From Bigelowiella natans CCMP2755 (lineage: Eukaryota; Protista; Cercozoa), in assembly GCA_000320545.1 (NCBI GenBank), contig ADNK01000171.1, forward strand, positions 1 to 64,000: a stretch of 64,000 nt of DNA, read 5' to 3'. Both the position numbers and the translations under genes were made by a program. Numbering within the stretch: position 1 is the stretch's first letter; each line of letters opens with the position of its first letter. The notes beneath the pieces were generated by a model. The model was not told the origin of the DNA. It saw nothing but the letters and a program-made list of their open reading frames with translations, and did no database searches. Shown here in pieces: positions 12,981 through 29,296 of this stretch.

Positions 12981-14452
12981 CTTCCTCCCTCTCAGAACAA
13001 GCTGAAGAGTGCATGTCCCAGCTACGTCAACAACGTGAACGACACATATCCCACCACAACAGAGCAGGAGAGTCCTAGTGCCAGTTTGCAGTATCTCCAG
13101 ATGTAAACACGACTGCACGACTCCCAGCGCGTACAGGGCAGCGTCCGTTACAATGAGAACCACCAGCTGTCAGCAGCAGTAGCAGCAGCATCACCCGCAA
13201 AACATGCACACACACACACACACGCACACACGGATATACACACGCACACCATGAGAGGGGGAGAAAGCACAAATATAAGCAGCACCATACCGTGGCTTTT
13301 GTGGCCAGGAAGGGCGCGAAGATGGCACTCGTAACGATGAAGAACGGCAGTGAGTAGTAAGATAGATATATCGATAACAACTGCGTCAGGGTAAGAGCTG
13401 CCCACCGTGCTCCTGAGAGCCCTGACACCTCCCCCAACGAGCCTTCGAGAAGTACTAAGGCCAGCGTCGTCGCACGATGGAAAGGGAGGGAGGGAGGGAG
13501 GAGGAAAGTGAGAAGAGAGAGAGGGGATGAGGTTTCTGCAAGTGTTTGCGTGCGTGGCGTGGCGGTGAGTCGTGATGATCTAACCGAGGAGGAGGGGGGT
13601 AAGCGCGATTGCCTTCAGGGCGAAGTACCATGATAGCCAAGCTCTGCAGGAGGAAACAGAAGATGAGAACAACAAGGAAGCGAGGAGGAGGGGGAGGGGG
13701 GAAAAGAGATGAGAGCCTAGATCTTTCCTCCCCCTATTTCCGATTACACGCTGTGAGGTGCTACGACTGCTTGTTCCTACGGTGTAGCTGTTTCGCGCTG
13801 TTGTTAGGTGAGAGGGGGGTAGAGCTGGGCAGATAGCTCACGATGCGGCAAGCTGTGCTAACGCGATGACGACTTACCCGAGCTCTATGCACACGTAACC
13901 GCTCAGAAATCTGATAGAGGAACGAAGAGGAACAACAGCAGAAATTAAGTTGGAAAAGAAGAAAGAGCACAGAAGTAAAGCTGCATTCTTCGCGGCCGGC
14001 ACGTACGTGGCGATACCCCATGATCTTCGCCTCGGCGAGTACAGGCGCATCATTGCTGCGGAGAAGGCAGCTGTGGGTTATACCACCCACCAGCCCGACC
14101 GATATCACCTGCGACGATCGATGATGATTGTGAAGGGAGGAAGAGAGGGAGAGGAGAGGAAGAGAGGAAGTGTATTGTAGATGACATAGCCGACGCAGGG
14201 GAACAAAATAGCTGTGATATCGCTACTGAGGAGGTCGGGTGATGCTATATACACAACAGGTGGCCATGAGTTCATACAACGAAGGAAGAGCGTAGAACCT
14301 TCCAAGTCATCAAATACATAAGGACGATGGCTCCAACGATTCGCATCCAGAGCAAACGGGTCCACATCTGGTTATCGTTCACATCTTCAATTCTAGCTCC
14401 CTCTAAATCTAGCTGCAAGCATTATGTCTTGTGCCCCGCGTCTGTGCTGCTG

Positions 14453-14492
<40 letters not shown>

Positions 14493-15517
14493 CTTAATGT
14501 GTTAGCGTTATAAGCTGTGGTAGCCACGCCGTGAGGATATGGTGGCTGTTCATGCAACCATCCCAACACTATCAGCTGCTACATACCCACAACAACATGA
14601 AGGAAAAGAGCTGCATCTTTGCCCGCGACGATCGGTCGACGTATATTTGCAGTAGCCTATCTTCGAATACCTGCTCGTAGTGATGATGATCTGTTACTAC
14701 TCAGCCAGGCCGCGACGTAGGCGCTGACGATGGGGTTGCTAAAGACGATCTAACCGCGTAAAGTGTTTGGGATGCTCGCACGAAATCCGGGAAATTTTGA
14801 CCTTAAAGACGAAGAAAACGACCGGTGAGTGAAGCTCCTTCAAAATATCGATGCTGTCGACGCCTTCACAATTCTCAATCATGGTACAGAATAAGTACCG
14901 AATCGCTGTGATCATCTTGAGGAGGGGGGGGGTGCGGGGAGGGGAGAGAAAGGCGAGTTAATAGGGAAATGTAGGCCAACTATAATCCTTGCCCTCCAGC
15001 AGGAATAACATCAAAACCAACCATTTGCATGATTTTTATGCATTTCTTGCTCTAATCGCCTTTCGCTCTACTCATCAACAGGAACGATATCGTGCAGTTC
15101 AAGTTGGAGAACCTTCGGATTTCGGCAATTTTCCCGCTGTTAATGAGCATTTTGTTGCGAAGCTCCAGCCCCCGCCTCTCCAGCTGCCTCTCCAAGTCGC
15201 CTACCTCCAAGGTGAGCACGTGGCGCTTCTCCTTGAGAGTCAGCAGGGTCCAGATTCTACACACTTCCTGCCTGCTCCGAACAAAACAGAAGGCTCATAG
15301 GCAGAACGAATCTAGGGCTGGGGAAGAGCTGGAGCTGTCATCATTTCTATCGCCACCTTCCATCACACAGCTGAAACTCTAATCCGCCATCCTTCTCGCC
15401 ACTTCTACTCCGGCTCCCAAGGGGGGGAGCACCGTCGGTCGATGACTCCCCTGCACTGCTGTGTGTATGAGCACCCTTCCTCCGCTTACCTCGCTTCGCA
15501 CGCCTTCGAGGAGGCAT
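11899..15517 (-). CDS. Multi-exon polytopic membrane protein of unknown function (may be two genes)
   Basis: Starts MPPRRRAKR|gtaag. Hydrophobic exons WTRLLWMRIVGAIVLMYLMTWK, WAALTLTQLLSIYLSYYSLPFFIVTSAIFAPF, VLIVTDAALYALGVVQ and FIVALLLLASAGVSFL. Exon linkage not fully resolved. Confidence 0.5.
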
Positions 15518-15854
15518 CGGTGGAAGAGGGTAGGGGAGAGTCAGGCAACTGTGAAACAATCGCTTCGGAAGACGACGTGCCTCTCCTTCGCGTGACTTAT
15601 TTCACGGTCGTCTTCCGACGGCAAAGATAGATAGATCTTAATGCGACAAACATCTAATTGTAGTTTTAGCACATGAATAAATCGGCAACGGGATTCTTCT
15701 CCCGAAGATGCAATGTACTCTAAAGGAGATAGGATATATATAGGGTTTATTATTGCCAGGAAATAGAATTCCAAGGAATCTTTACGGAACGCGGAAAGGC
15801 CGAGCTGTACCGAACCCTACCGACGTTGCACCCCCCCTCGATTGGTGACTTACT

Positions 15855-17655
<1,801 letters not shown>

Positions 17656-18275
17656 CTTCTTGCGCACGCAAGCGTTTTCAACTGTGCGTCTACATTTTAT
17701 TTTACAAAGCTCATTAAACGCCGTATTGCTCAAATGCAATGATACACGGCATCGCATCGATGCTGTGAAAGACGCGTTGTAGCGTTTGTAGCAATAGAAC
17801 GACAAGCACTGATAAGATGACAGACCACTTGCAAATCTCTACAGCACACGACACCGCTTCGATCAGAGTGCTAGTTCCCACTAATTTATAGGTGTTAATT
17901 GGTACTTTGGTCTGGCATGATTGAATAGCTCAATGAAATGCGTAATCTGCGCGCAGATCGCGGCCACATATATGTTGAGAGTTGACATACCAGACCCACA
18001 TCAGGCAGCAGCACACGCTGCACATGCTGTGCTTATTTTGATTCACGCACGCACGCACGCACACTCTATGCGCATATGTGTGACTACACGTATATTAATT
18101 AGGTATGTGTGCGTGCGATATGTGTCGGATTTAGAGACAGACGCATGTACATCTATGGATCGCGAGGTGTACGTGTCTGCAACGAATGTTCAGCCATGCT
18201 AGCGTAGTATTCATCGCTACATATATCCACTGATGAATTAGTCTAATATGTCTATCTACCATCCAGAGATGGGAA

Positions 18276-20601
18276 TCATTCGGGGAAGAATCGCGAATCC
18301 ATGAATTGCTTTTGATGTATGCCCGACGCAACATACAGCTTCCAAGACCCGAATATCACCTGTCCTGGACCATCCACGCCTAATTGACACGCATAGAGCT
18401 GAGGTATGAGCAAGATTTTTGTGCGCTTGAGGATGGTGAAATACACGAATATACTAGGCTTATTATACACTTAGCTACATGATGGAAAACCTTCTAGATC
18501 CAATTCTCTTCAGCATGAGAGGCCAGGAGATCATCCGATAAATCTTGGCTGAAGAGGACAGTCTCGCTGCAAAACGTACAGAAAAAAATCATGAAGTTTT
18601 TATTGTAGAGCTTAAACTGGGGATATCTGTGAAAAGAGAATGTGCCTATCTTTAGCCAACACGCACATACCTTTTCGGCACTACGTCTTCTGCGGGTGAT
18701 CTGGCGCAACCGCCGCTATCTTTCTGGTTCGAGGGAAGATTCGTATTCACGGGGTCCAGCAGCTTTGGCATTGGGTGGGGCTCGCTCTTCTGGAACTGCT
18801 GACGCTTGGCTGGAAAACTTCCCTTGCTTCGGTCATTGGATTGGAAGCCATTCGGCGGGACTCGAGTTTGCTGGTGCTGCCCAGGCTCACTAATTCGATC
18901 GAGGCAGGGCATATTAATGTTAACGGGTTTCAAGGCCCTAGTGGCATGATCTTGCGCTTGGTTTTGAGGGGTTTGGCACGCCCCTATTCCGCCGGAACTC
19001 AAGCTGTTTCTGCGAGGAAATTCCGTATCTTTACTTCGCGACTGCTGCCTCAGGTGGCTCATTTCCGCGGAGCTGCAATGTGAAGAAGTTGATGTGCTTA
19101 TATTATTTTTTTCCCTATACTGTGGAGGTGTTATCGAGGCCTTTCGCTTTTTCCCGATGCTGCATGGAGCACTGTTGCTGCTTCTATTGCTTATGCCATT
19201 TGAAGCCATGTTTTGAATCCTAGTGGCTGAGTGTGTGGAAGATATTGGTAGCTTGGCTTCACAGGGAAGAGGACGCGGAGAGGTGTTTGGAGCACATGTA
19301 GCAGTCGTGGCTGGCACAATAGAGCGTGCCTTTTTTTCTTTCTTTAGCGCAAGTTTTCGCATCGCCTCCGCCTTCCGTTGCTCCGCAGCACGTTTGAGCG
19401 CAGCACGATCTAGCGAAGGAGCTGGATGTCTGACTGAAGAGGGAACGGCGTGATTAGGTGCAGAAGGCCCCCTTTTAATCTCCGATGATGTCGGTGACCC
19501 ACTATTATTCATTTTCTCCACTTTTACACGAGGTATTGTTTCAGGTTGCTTTGTCTGGGATTCACTTTTCAGATTAGTTCTGTCTCCCGGTGGAAGCACG
19601 GCCCCTGCCTCTGCAGTGTCCTAACACCCCAAAACATGCGAGTCATCAATCATAAACCAAATGCGAAAGTTCGATCTTTACCAATGGTATGCTTCTTTCC
19701 CTCCCGCTTTTCATATTTCTCAGGAAGGTTCGGTCTGATCGGTTCGCAGTATACACTTTAGTTTAGTACTCCAGCTTCCCACAAAGCTTTAGGAATGTTG
19801 TCACAATCAATCGACAAAAGATACCATATAAACAGTTTCCCAATCCATCTCCAAATTGGCGAAGGCATCGTTTTATCCCGTCCGTAACCGCTTCCTACAC
19901 AGGAATATGCTCGATTTAAGAATTGTGACTAACGCGAAGGGGCAACGGCACCTTGAATGCCTTTTCTAATCCTGGACCTTTACCCATATTTATTGCTGAA
20001 CCATATCCGATATCCTTACAAATTAAATTACAAAGCTTATGTTGAAAACATAATCGTGGATGGATCGTTCTATTGTGTATTCACCTCCTTCCAACAACCG
20101 TTCCGGAGGGTGACGCGTACAATTGCATGGGCACCAATATTCCAAGCATCTTTCTTTCTTGTGCTCCTGTCAACATAATCCGTCTTGTGTTCCTAGTAAT
20201 CATGAGAATATTGCATCAAATGATGTATTGTGTTGCGTGTCACCATCAGTATCTTTCAGTTCCATTGGGCGAGAACGTGTACCATGGTAATCCAAAACTT
20301 ACCACGACAGTAGAAGCCCATCCGTCAAATGCAAAGATGTGATTTGCAAGGGAAATCGCCTTGTTAGACGCAAGGTAGGTGAGCTTAGAGCCCCCCGGTC
20401 CAGCTCTACAGAGCAAAGTTGTAGTTTAAACACTCTGGAGCACAATAAAAAATTATAATCATTAAAGAAGACTAATGATAACCGGCTTGAGCATTCCTCT
20501 CTCGCAAGTCGTCGCGCGAGAAGCGTGTGGATCCTGAGTCTTTCATTGTCCGTAAACTGAAGATGGCCGAATTCGTTTCCACCCAGGTCTCTCCCTGCCA
20601 T
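18276..20601 (-). CDS. RAD52: DNA repair/recombination protein RAD52
   Basis: Spliced N-terminal domain FGHLQFT...[32 protein letters not shown]...[19 protein letters not shown]...[29 protein letters not shown] matches the Rad52/22 domain; long disordered exon 18652-19599. 3' end approximate. Confidence 0.93.
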
Positions 20602-21033
20602 TGTATCTTCCCGTGGTTATGCAAAGCTCCACGCTTCGTCGGGAAACCCTTACTCCAAACGAGGAAATGTTTTGGGTATTTGGACGTGCGTCAAAAGGAT
20701 AACCCTATCTCACCTATTTTAGCCCCTGCGTTCTCACTTCTGGAAGAACGCTGAATTTCGAACGCGAAACACCTTCGCGCGACGAGAGGGCGATTCGGAC
20801 CCGGAATGTCGATCGATACTCTCTGAGTAGTCTCGGGAGGTGGCAGGAAATTTATTTCTCGGCACGGAACCCAATCCTTGGTCCTGGACTTCCTATCCGG
20901 TGTTTGTTCGTGTTGGTGTTGAGGGGATTAACAGGACGCGACAAGTACTGTACCACGCTATTCTTTACCGAGGCAGCGACAGTTCTCCTTTCACCTATCC
21001 AGTCCTCCTCCCCCCCCAAGCACATATAGCACC

Positions 21034-23510
21034 ATGTCAGCCTCGCACACAATACACTCAATGTTCAAGGGCGTGGCTGAGTACTGGATGCCCGTCCTTC
21101 AATCCTCTAACTTTAAGAAGGTGAAGCAACCTCCCGCTAGAGCGTTGTCGCAAATGTGTGATGCATCATAACAGAAAGGTGTGTTGACGCCGGAAGAGTT
21201 CGTGGCAGCAGGCGACCAGCTCGTATATAAATGCAGGACATGGCAATGGTGTGAATATTCTATTTTCCTTTTGAATTTTGGTTGTCCGTTTTTGCAATTG
21301 TATAAGTCAAGAATAATCTCACCATAGGGCTTCCGGCAAGGAAAATATGGTGAAGCCATACTTGCCTAAGGATAAACAGTTTCTCGTCACAAAGAATGGT
21401 ATGCTAGTGGATACTATTTTGTGGCAGTACTGTATACTTTACATTAATGCAAACGTTTTGCCACTTTTTTTTATAATAACGAAGTTCCATCACTGAAGCG
21501 GGCAAGCGACTACGCTCTTAACGTAAAGGAGAATTTTTCATCGTTCATCCAAGAGCAAAACGATTCATTCTGGATCTAATTAGGATGCAAAAGAAGAAAT
21601 AGTGGAAAATGACGACGATGATGGTGAGGGAGGTTGGGTATCAACTCACGTAAAAGAAAAAAGTGACAAGAAAGATAACAGGGCGAAAGTCGAAGAAGTA
21701 CAGGTGGTGTTTTTCATCAGCATATTTCAATGACAATAAGGTACTGGGATTTACCAGGAAATAGATACTTTCGATGACACTGGCGGTGAAGAAGAACAAG
21801 GAGCAGAAAATAAGACAGCAGTGAATGGAAAAGAAACAGAAGATGATGCAGACGAAGAGGACGAAGACGACATACCCGATATGGACGATTTTGAAGAAGA
21901 TAATCTTGCGGAAGCGGTACGAATGGGAGGCGTAGATAATACTGATTATGATGAAGATAATGAAGTAGGCAAAATAACTTTCGGTATTTTCTTCTCACGA
22001 AATAAAAGGACCCTGGAATGCTGCTAACGGACAACATTAAGGAAGATGGCAAAGATACAACAGCTACAAAATCTGACAACAAGAATAGTGGACAATCATC
22101 TCCACTCACAAACACGGAAGGAAAGATCATTCGTGTATCTGAACCTGAGGATAATATAGAGAAGACCCGCACGTAATACATAATTCTGATGACACGCCAG
22201 AAAATATTTTAGGTTCAACCGGAGTCACATTGTTCAAATCTCGTCTGCCAACACCACAGTCTCCCTCTCATTAATTAGATTCCTTTCCAACAGATATGAT
22301 ATCTCTATCACATATGACAAGTATTACCGCACGCCTCGGATCTTCCTTTTCGGGTAATAAAAATCAGTAGAAAGAATTTCTTAGGGGATGGGTTGGTCGT
22401 GTTGCGTGGTGGTGATGCCGCTGCTGATGCTGCCCTTTCTGCTGCTTTAGATACGACAAAAATCGCCAGCCTCTGAGTCCGAAGCAGATAATGGAGGATA
22501 TCTCTGCAGACCATGCCCGTAAAACGGTCGCCTAATGACATGTGTAACGACTCCGCTCATGATATGTGACGTGCTAGAAAAGATAATTTAGATGTCGGAG
22601 AACTTTAAAAGCAGAGGGCGAAGAAGACGATAAATCATTAACGATTAATTTCGCAAGCCTTGATTTTAAATTCGCGCCCTTTTCAATCTTTAGAATTTCT
22701 CCTTTTTCCAATCTCGAAAACCATCTAAATGATAATACGTACTTTAGGTCACCGTAGATCCGCACCCACACCTTGAAGTTCCGGTTGTCATGATCTCTAC
22801 TCTATGATACACTTTATTATGTGACATAAAATGTGCAAGTATTGAATGACCCACGTGTAGAAAATTGGTTTAACTTTCAGAGTGCTATCAAATTGGAATG
22901 GGAAGTTTTGAAAAATAATAACTTTCTTTCCCCTTCCCGATCATCTCAGCACGCATCGATACATCCGTGCAGACATGCACCCGTAATGCTGAGGATTTGC
23001 GAGCGCATGGAGGAAGAGGTAGTCTATGGCAGTAATAGGAGTACGTACTACACTCTCTAGTACTCAAAAACAAATATTGGCATAAGTTTCATATGAATTT
23101 ATTATTCTCCTGCAGAATATGCGAACGTTGCTGAAGGCTAAGGTTGCGGAAGCTAAGAAACAGGGAAAAGACACACCAAAGGCAGAATCTCTCAAATTGA
23201 CAAGTAAAATAAAAGGACTTTTGCCCTCGATAGTGTTGTTCAACAGAAACAACAACATGCACCTCCGTGTTTTTTCCTACGGACTGTAAGAGTGTGAGAA
23301 AAGATGGTCCAATTTGAAGGCGTTTCTTATTGCCTGTTATTCTACAGAGGAGGAAGCCGAGCGGGTGGCCATCCGTATAGAGCAGTATTTATTCCTTTTC
23401 CTGAAGTTCATATCCTCGGTCATTCCGACGATCGAATACGACTGTAAGTTTATTAAATCTCCTCAATTTTTAGAACTGATGTCCATTTTTATTTCTCAGA
23501 CACATTCTGA
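21034..23510 (+). CDS. ATG3: Autophagy E2-like enzyme ATG3
   Basis: [39 protein letters not shown], acidic flexible region, [25 protein letters not shown], catalytic [30 protein letters not shown]. Confidence 0.96.
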
Positions 23511-25187
23511 GCTTTTACCAAGATCTACAGTAATGGCCAATGCTGTGATCAAAATTTCGAAGATACAACACAGCAAAATATCGACACTTGTTAGAATGAT
23601 GAACTGACGCAATCGAATCGAATAGCATTGCAAGCTCCCGCGCTGCTGTGCCACCTATGCACTCAATCGTAGCACGCATAGCTAAGATAGCTCGCATTTT
23701 ACCGCAATGTAATGTGTTGCATGTATGCTGACCCTTTTTGTCATGATTGAGCCTTGTCACAAATGAAGTCGGTACATCGGTCGCAATGCGCCTGCTGCCC
23801 ATGTGCGCTCATGTGATCTTCGACAGCACAATTATCACATGTTGCGAACACAGAACACGGCTGTGTAGCACGTGTGCTCGATCAACACACATCATTGTTT
23901 TTGCACGCCAGACTTGCAGCAGAGGCAAATGACCTGCGATCAATTCTTCGTAGTTGTCCCTTTCACATTCGTGTCTTGATTGCGTCACTTCATCACTAGA
24001 TCATTCTGGATTCAGGTTCCACTGATTGCAAGAGACACTCACTAGCTGGCTAGCTAGCTCGCACCATGCTGCATGTACGTGGAATGAGCAACGCGGAGCG
24101 GGCGTGCGTTGGCGTCATCATCTTGTCCTCGCGATTGGTTTTCTGCACTTTCGGAAAAACAAAACAAAAACACAAAAACAGCACAAACTCATGTGAAGTT
24201 CGACCAGCGCAAAGCGTTTCGTTTGCGGCTGTCGAACGTTCAACTGTTTTTGTGTTTTTTGTTCAATTTGCTGCAGGAGTTCTTGTGACATTCTCACTTC
24301 CACTTGGGAAACACACTTGTGTGTCTTCCCATCAACGCATCCTGTCAATGATGACAATGATGACAATGACAACAAACAACACCAATTGCATCCTGTCCGG
24401 GTCGACGATGAACGTTTCAGAAAATTTTCATCCCTTTCTCGACCAACCGTGACGAGCACATGTAGTGGGGAAGCATGGAGAGTGTGACAACCTGAAATCC
24501 TGGAGGGCACAACAACCTGAAATCCTCACTAGGCAGGATTTGCTCACCGGTGGAACGGAACAATGAACAATGAACAATGATGAAGAACTACATTTCCAAA
24601 ATGCAACAAGACATTTGCAGTGTACGAAACGCAGTGCCTCGAACTAACTTTAGTGAGGACCATCTAGTGAAACCAAAAGGAATGAAGAATGGCACTGTAG
24701 CCACTCCTCCGTTCCTAGTTTCATTGTTTTTAGTACCAACTTCAGGACCACGCATCCCTAAATCCTGTCGTGATGGTTTGCTCATGCTTGGAGATCACCA
24801 AGCAAGAACACCACACCTACGAACCCCAAGAGAACAATCCCATGGACCACACCTTCATGGTCTGCTTCACACCTACCACAACATCCCCAGCAACGGATCA
24901 AAGCCTACAAAATGTTCTTTCTTAGATCTACAAAGATAAATTCATGTCTCGATCTATTTTCGGAAATTATCAAATGCAGCAAACACGAACCGCGGGAAGC
25001 CCTTCCTGTTGCATTTTGCGGAACGTCTCCATAAATACCCAAAATATTTATCGGAAAAGGCCATGAATTACTGTCGCTATGAGAAAATACTCCTGCATTT
25101 GGACTATGGTAGATCTAACATCAGCCGCCTGTGACAGTCTTAAAAAAATTCAAGTGGAAGGGGAAAGGACTCACAAGGACCAGCTCG

Positions 25188-26339
25188 ATGGGAAGAAAGG
25201 GCGTCTCATATGCAGAAAAGCAAGTGCGGATGCAAGCTTATTTTCATGAAACGGTCATTATTCAACCTCTTCCATTGCGTGTATTAGAAGCTATTACACA
25301 GAATACGAAGCATAGTTTACTTACAGAAACAAGTGTATTCGCTCAAGCAACTTGAAAGGAAGCTTCCAAAGGCGAAAGGAATAGGTTCAATTAATTAAAC
25401 AGATCTGTAATACGCTAAAATCTTAAAACTATTACGTTTTTATTAAATTATAGTTTCGCAGTCTGTGAAAGATGTCCTACAATCTCTTGTCGACGAAGAA
25501 AAGGTGAATACTTTGCACGTGATGCAGCATTTGGTGATAGTGTGCCCCTTTCCACGCCAAGGTTGACTTCGACAAAATCGGATCTGGTAACTTCTTCTGG
25601 TCATTCCCCAGCAAAGGTAAGGTTTTGCATTCAGTGAAATAGAAACCCTTCCGTAATTTTCTATTTTTTTGCAGCGTCCCAAAAGCGGAAGAATTTAATT
25701 TCTTCTCTCGAAAGTGAAATTGGAAAAAAAAAGAGGAAGCTCGATCAACTACAACAAGACAAACAAAAAGCCAGTATGGGCAGGTACAACTTTGATTATT
25801 TTCAGACTCTTTAGCTAATTTAGCATTTTTCCCGTTGATAAGGGACGACACAGACTCGCGTCGGAAAAAATTACAAAAATATAAAGATCTGCAAGATATG
25901 GTAGTCTTCAACATTTTAGTACTTCCACATTATAGTGACCGTGTGTCTTGATAGATTGCAAAGGTAGACGTTGAACTGTCAAAATTTGCGGCTTCTGATC
26001 CGAAGACTATTGAGAAAAAGCAGAAGGCCATCAAGGTTAACTGAGCAATGTTAAAGTAGTTTCTGTTTCATCAGCCTATATTGAGATTTCTGCTACGGTG
26101 GGACAATCCTGGTGTTGATGTATCGCCCGACAGAGTTATTGTTTCTTATTTATGGTTATCTTATTTACGGTTGCCTATAGTGCTGTTGGACCAATGCAAA
26201 TCGATGGATAGACAACGTGTTTCAAATCCTCACGTTTGCAAAGAAGAAGCGTCCAGATCTGAAAGATAAAGACATTCTCAAATACATGCAGCTTCCAGAA
26301 GAGCTAGACTACTTGCCAGATCCAAAGCATGGAATATAA
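25188..26339 (+). CDS. MND1: Meiotic nuclear division protein 1
   Basis: MGRKGVSYAEK..RM..YFHET, YSLKQLE..LPK.KGIVSQSVKDVLQSLVD, DKIGSGNFFWSFPS, coiled coil, DPKTI, ANRWIDNVF, ELDYL. Confidence 0.95.
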
Positions 26340-27098
26340 ACTCGCGAATACATAATAGGTTAAAAAGTATTTGCAGATGTATATTTATTCCAATGATGTA
26401 TATGTACTAAACGTGATACGTGGTACCTACACTCGTCCGATGGTAATTTTGCATCATTTTGTGGCGGAATTTTTTTTAAAAATCTTCCTAATAAACGCAT
26501 ACTGTAACACTGCGCCAGTCGCGCCGAGATGCCTGCCTGATACTTCCATCTGGCGACATAATTAGTGCTTGATACATAGTATCACACATAGTATATACAC
26601 ACACAGCACACCACGCGTAGCCACGTGCGCACACGAACTAGACTAAACACAAACACAGCCACAAGCAAGTATTAAGTCGCATGTGTGTGAGTGGCATTGA
26701 TCAGTCTGAATGATCATGATCGAACACAGATGCACCGCATACGTGTGATATGTGAGAGCCCAGCTCTCGTGCTGTCCACAGTGCGTGTGTCGTCGATGTA
26801 TTCTGCGTTGCGTATCATTCCAATGGCTCATGTCGATGCATGTTAGCATGCTTCAAAGATTTTGCATGTTCATGAGTGCATCGCACAGAGTCAGAGAGTC
26901 ACTACATCATCACGTGCGATGAAGATCCATGTTCAGCGTGATCTAATTGTTACCTGCAATGCTGCAATGCATGCAATTACATGCCTAAGAAAAAGTAGTG
27001 GCGTTCGATTCTGTTCGACCATTGAACTACTTTTCTCTCTATTTTCCCAGCCTAGCTGTTTCGTAGCTCACTCTTCATTTTGTTCGTTCACTCATCAT

Positions 27099-27442
27099 TT
27101 ACTTTTGAACTTTAAGTTTGTGTAAATCATCTTCCTGGCGAATTCCCACCGCCAACAGGCCCAGTCCAATTACGATGCCAATCAGCCCGAGAATGTTGTA
27201 CCCTGGCTCTTGCAAATTACCTCGAAATCTGCATGCAATACCATGAATTAGCACACTATTATCAACTAGGTGAAATGACGAAGCAACTAAAGTTGAAAAT
27301 CTCTTTTAATTCATACCCAGTTGAAATCAGAATCCAGGATAATATCACAGAAGTTGCAGGCTGCAGTGGTGTATATGCCAGCACAATGGACGCATCTATA
27401 CAAACAATAAAGTTCATCAACAAGCGGGTAAAGGTTCCCCTC

Positions 27443-27521
<79 letters not shown>

Positions 27522-27524
27522 TTC

Positions 27525-27564
<40 letters not shown>

Positions 27565-28408
27565 ATATCACATTACCTGCGTACTTATTGCCCCAGTTTA
27601 TCAGAATGTATGATATTATAGAGCCGAAGACGATGTAGTACCCGAAAGCATACCACGCACCTCCGGGCACATTCCATAGTGGGCTTGATGAAGCTTGATT
27701 TTTACACTCTTCGCACAAAAAATATAAGAGAGGCTCGACGTTACTAACACCCAAAGCGGTAAACACCATACTGAAGGATACCTGCGTATATGGAAAGACA
27801 ACAGACCAGAAGAGTTAAAAGGGAAGGAAAAGAAAAGCCAGGAAGGAGAGGAAGAAAAGGACGTAGATCGTTGAGTAAGAATAATTACACGTATTCTTAT
27901 AAAAGACGCTAATAATCTATAACAGACACCAAAGAACGATAAAACTATACTAGAAGCTAAGAGGATGTTAAATAACAAAATCAATTTTGCGAGAGGAAAA
28001 TACGACATACCACGATGTACGAAAATGCGGTGACGCATATCGGAGAGTAGTGTTCATATAAAGGCCTTGCGAACACCACATGCAAGGCCGTTGCCAAGCA
28101 ATTCGAGAAAAACAAGCTATTTCCAAAGAGCTCTGATCAGACCGCACACAAACACGTACACATGAAGCATGGACTAAATGAAAGACCACAGAAACAGTGA
28201 TCAGGATGAATTGGCTAAACGGAATCTTTCCATCCATGAGCTCATACCTGACGAACCGGTAGATAAATTGGCTCCATAGAGAACCATAAAGAGAGCACCA
28301 GCACATGCCATGAGAACACCAAGAATTTTATATCCATTCGGCTCCTCCTGAAGGTTAGAAGTGGAAGAAAGAGATTAGGTATGCAATATCTTGTTTCAAT
28401 GTGTGTTC

Positions 28409-28439
<31 letters not shown>

Positions 28440-29296
28440 TTAATCATTTTTTTCAATTTATTCGACCAGTTTAAGTTGAATTGCAATTGCTGTGATCATG
28501 ATCTGTATCAAACAAATCTTAGAATTAGTCCTCGTCATCTAATTTATGTGGAGTGGCTACTGCTCTTTTTCATCGGTGAGGGTTAGTATCGATAGTAGAG
28601 GTTCATCCCAACTTACGCACAGATTGCGTAGGTTGCCATGCCGATCCGAGAACAGCATTTGATAGATTTATTCCAAACAGAAACAGAATCTGACAAGTAG
28701 AATACCTGTGACCAATTCAATGTTAGTGTGTCACTATTCTTTTTTACCTGCGCCAAGAACATGAAGACCCCGACGACGATGAACCTTACATTCAATTGTA
28801 TAGGTTAGGGCCGATTCATCTATCTAATAATTTTATATCTTCGCTGTTTTACAATATCTATGGTGCTCCATCTGTACCTTATGGCGTGCCTTGGCTGCGG
28901 TATCATCGGTGTCTTTCCACCATAATCCATACATAGTGAAATAAGGCAGAGAAGCGGCCCAGCAATTCCATGGCAAATTAAACAGAATACTACTGGGTTG
29001 CAGTTCTGGAGTCCAAGCTAGGAAAAATGACACATTATGTGAAGAGAGCTCGGGTATTTGATATAGCAGTACTACAGAGGACACATAAAAGGAAAAATTG
29101 CCACCTTGCCAACAATGCTGTTGCCTCCAAATAATACTTGTGGTATAATCAATGCAAGGTGAGCTAGCCATTGTGACGGAGGAGTGCTTGGTTCATCTTT
29201 AGCATGATCAGAGTGTGGGTAATCCTTCTGTAACAGGGGTTCATGGACATTTCCGTCGCAACTCTCGAGGTTGAGGTGTTCGTCCTTGTCGCCCAT
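27099..29296 (-). CDS. EamA/drug-metabolite transporter (DMT) family membrane protein
   Basis: LAHLALIIPQVLFGGNSIVGK, E.PNGYKILGVLMACAGALFMV, YYIVFGSIISYILINWGNK, ASIVLAYTPLQPATSVILS, ILGLIGIVIGLGLLAV. Start could be about 100 nt further upstream. Confidence 0.85.
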
